From contig RSEE01000025.1 in NCBI GenBank assembly GCA_003971905.1, positions 558,001-622,000 on the forward strand: DNA of 64,000 nt. The letters are read 5' to 3'. Of the stretch, positions 63,609 through 64,000 are shown in pieces (the stretch's first letter is position 1; every line of letters begins with the position of its first letter). The notes below the pieces were generated by a model. That model worked only from the letters and a program-made list of their open reading frames with translations, was not told the DNA's origin and made no database searches. The stretch is from Moniliella sp. 'wahieum'. Its lineage: Eukaryota. The translations under genes and the position numbers were made by a program.

Positions 63609-63882
63609 ACTGCATGATGAGACCTGGAGTCCGGATGGTCCTCGAGGGTGATGCAATCGCACTGATGGTGGTGGTGGTGGTCTAAGCCAACCAGCAACGC
63701 CTACTGAGGAACATCAAGCACCGAGTCGCCACCAGGGGCTAAGCTGCGGAACAAGGAAAAACAGGAGAGAAAAACAACCGAACTCCTAGGCCTGAGGAGG
63801 AACTGAAGGGACATTGGCCAAAGCGCGAGCCACCCGGTGGCTCAACACTGCATTGCCCTCGAGGACCAGCAGGACTCCAGGT
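63609..63882 (+). repeat. Dispersed repeat family B, copy 2, bracketed by a 34-bp inverted repeat (MITE-like)
   Basis: Matches 6296-6533. Arms 63622-63655 and 63849-63882 are reverse complements at 30/34 positions. Confidence 0.88.
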
Positions 63883-64000
63883 TTTCCGCCGGGGTGGTTA
63901 TCGGGCATATGCACACACACACACAACAGTGTGTATTGAACGCTGCGAGGGTTGGCTTTGCGTCGGGCGGACTTGCGCTCGAGAGACAATTCCACCCGAC

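Noticed and set aside
63614..63666. C/D snoRNA (ATGATGA...CTGA) in repeat family B
   Set aside because: The terminal CTGA is not conserved in copy 1 (ctgg), and no guide complementarity was recognised.

Overview
Gene-dense, GC-rich eukaryotic window with short GT-AG introns carrying CTRAC branch points. The gene set and protein sequences look like a basidiomycete fungus (inference). Nearly every gene is broken by 1-nt indels, most simply explained by unpolished long-read error, so CDS coordinates are gene spans rather than intact ORFs. Recognisable genes in order: Psr1/SCP-like NIF phosphatase, MFS transporter, EFR3, GAF hybrid histidine kinase, NTF2/SnoaL-like protein, SET-domain methyltransferase, Rheb, Tpt1, Shewanella-like metallophosphatase, divergent tricalbin, siderophore-iron transporter (with a SreA-type site upstream), PHS1, HOM2, KNR4/SMI1, an OHCU-decarboxylase/Gyp2-tail fusion, a Far1-like RING-PH protein, DENR/TMA22, a CAMK-group kinase and an intron-containing tRNA-Met. 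Non-genic content includes three deleted remnants of a CRE-clade (Cnl1/MoTeR-like) non-LTR retrotransposon and two further dispersed repeat families. The most unusual signal is a pervasive intergenic 7-bp grammar, TNA-[4-bp palindrome]-TNA. It uses 15 of the 16 possible palindromic cores, switches core within a tract while keeping register, and the core is usually the adjacent 2-bp flank plus its reverse complement. This looks like the footprint of a recurrent hairpin or fold-back insertion process rather than ordinary microsatellite slippage.
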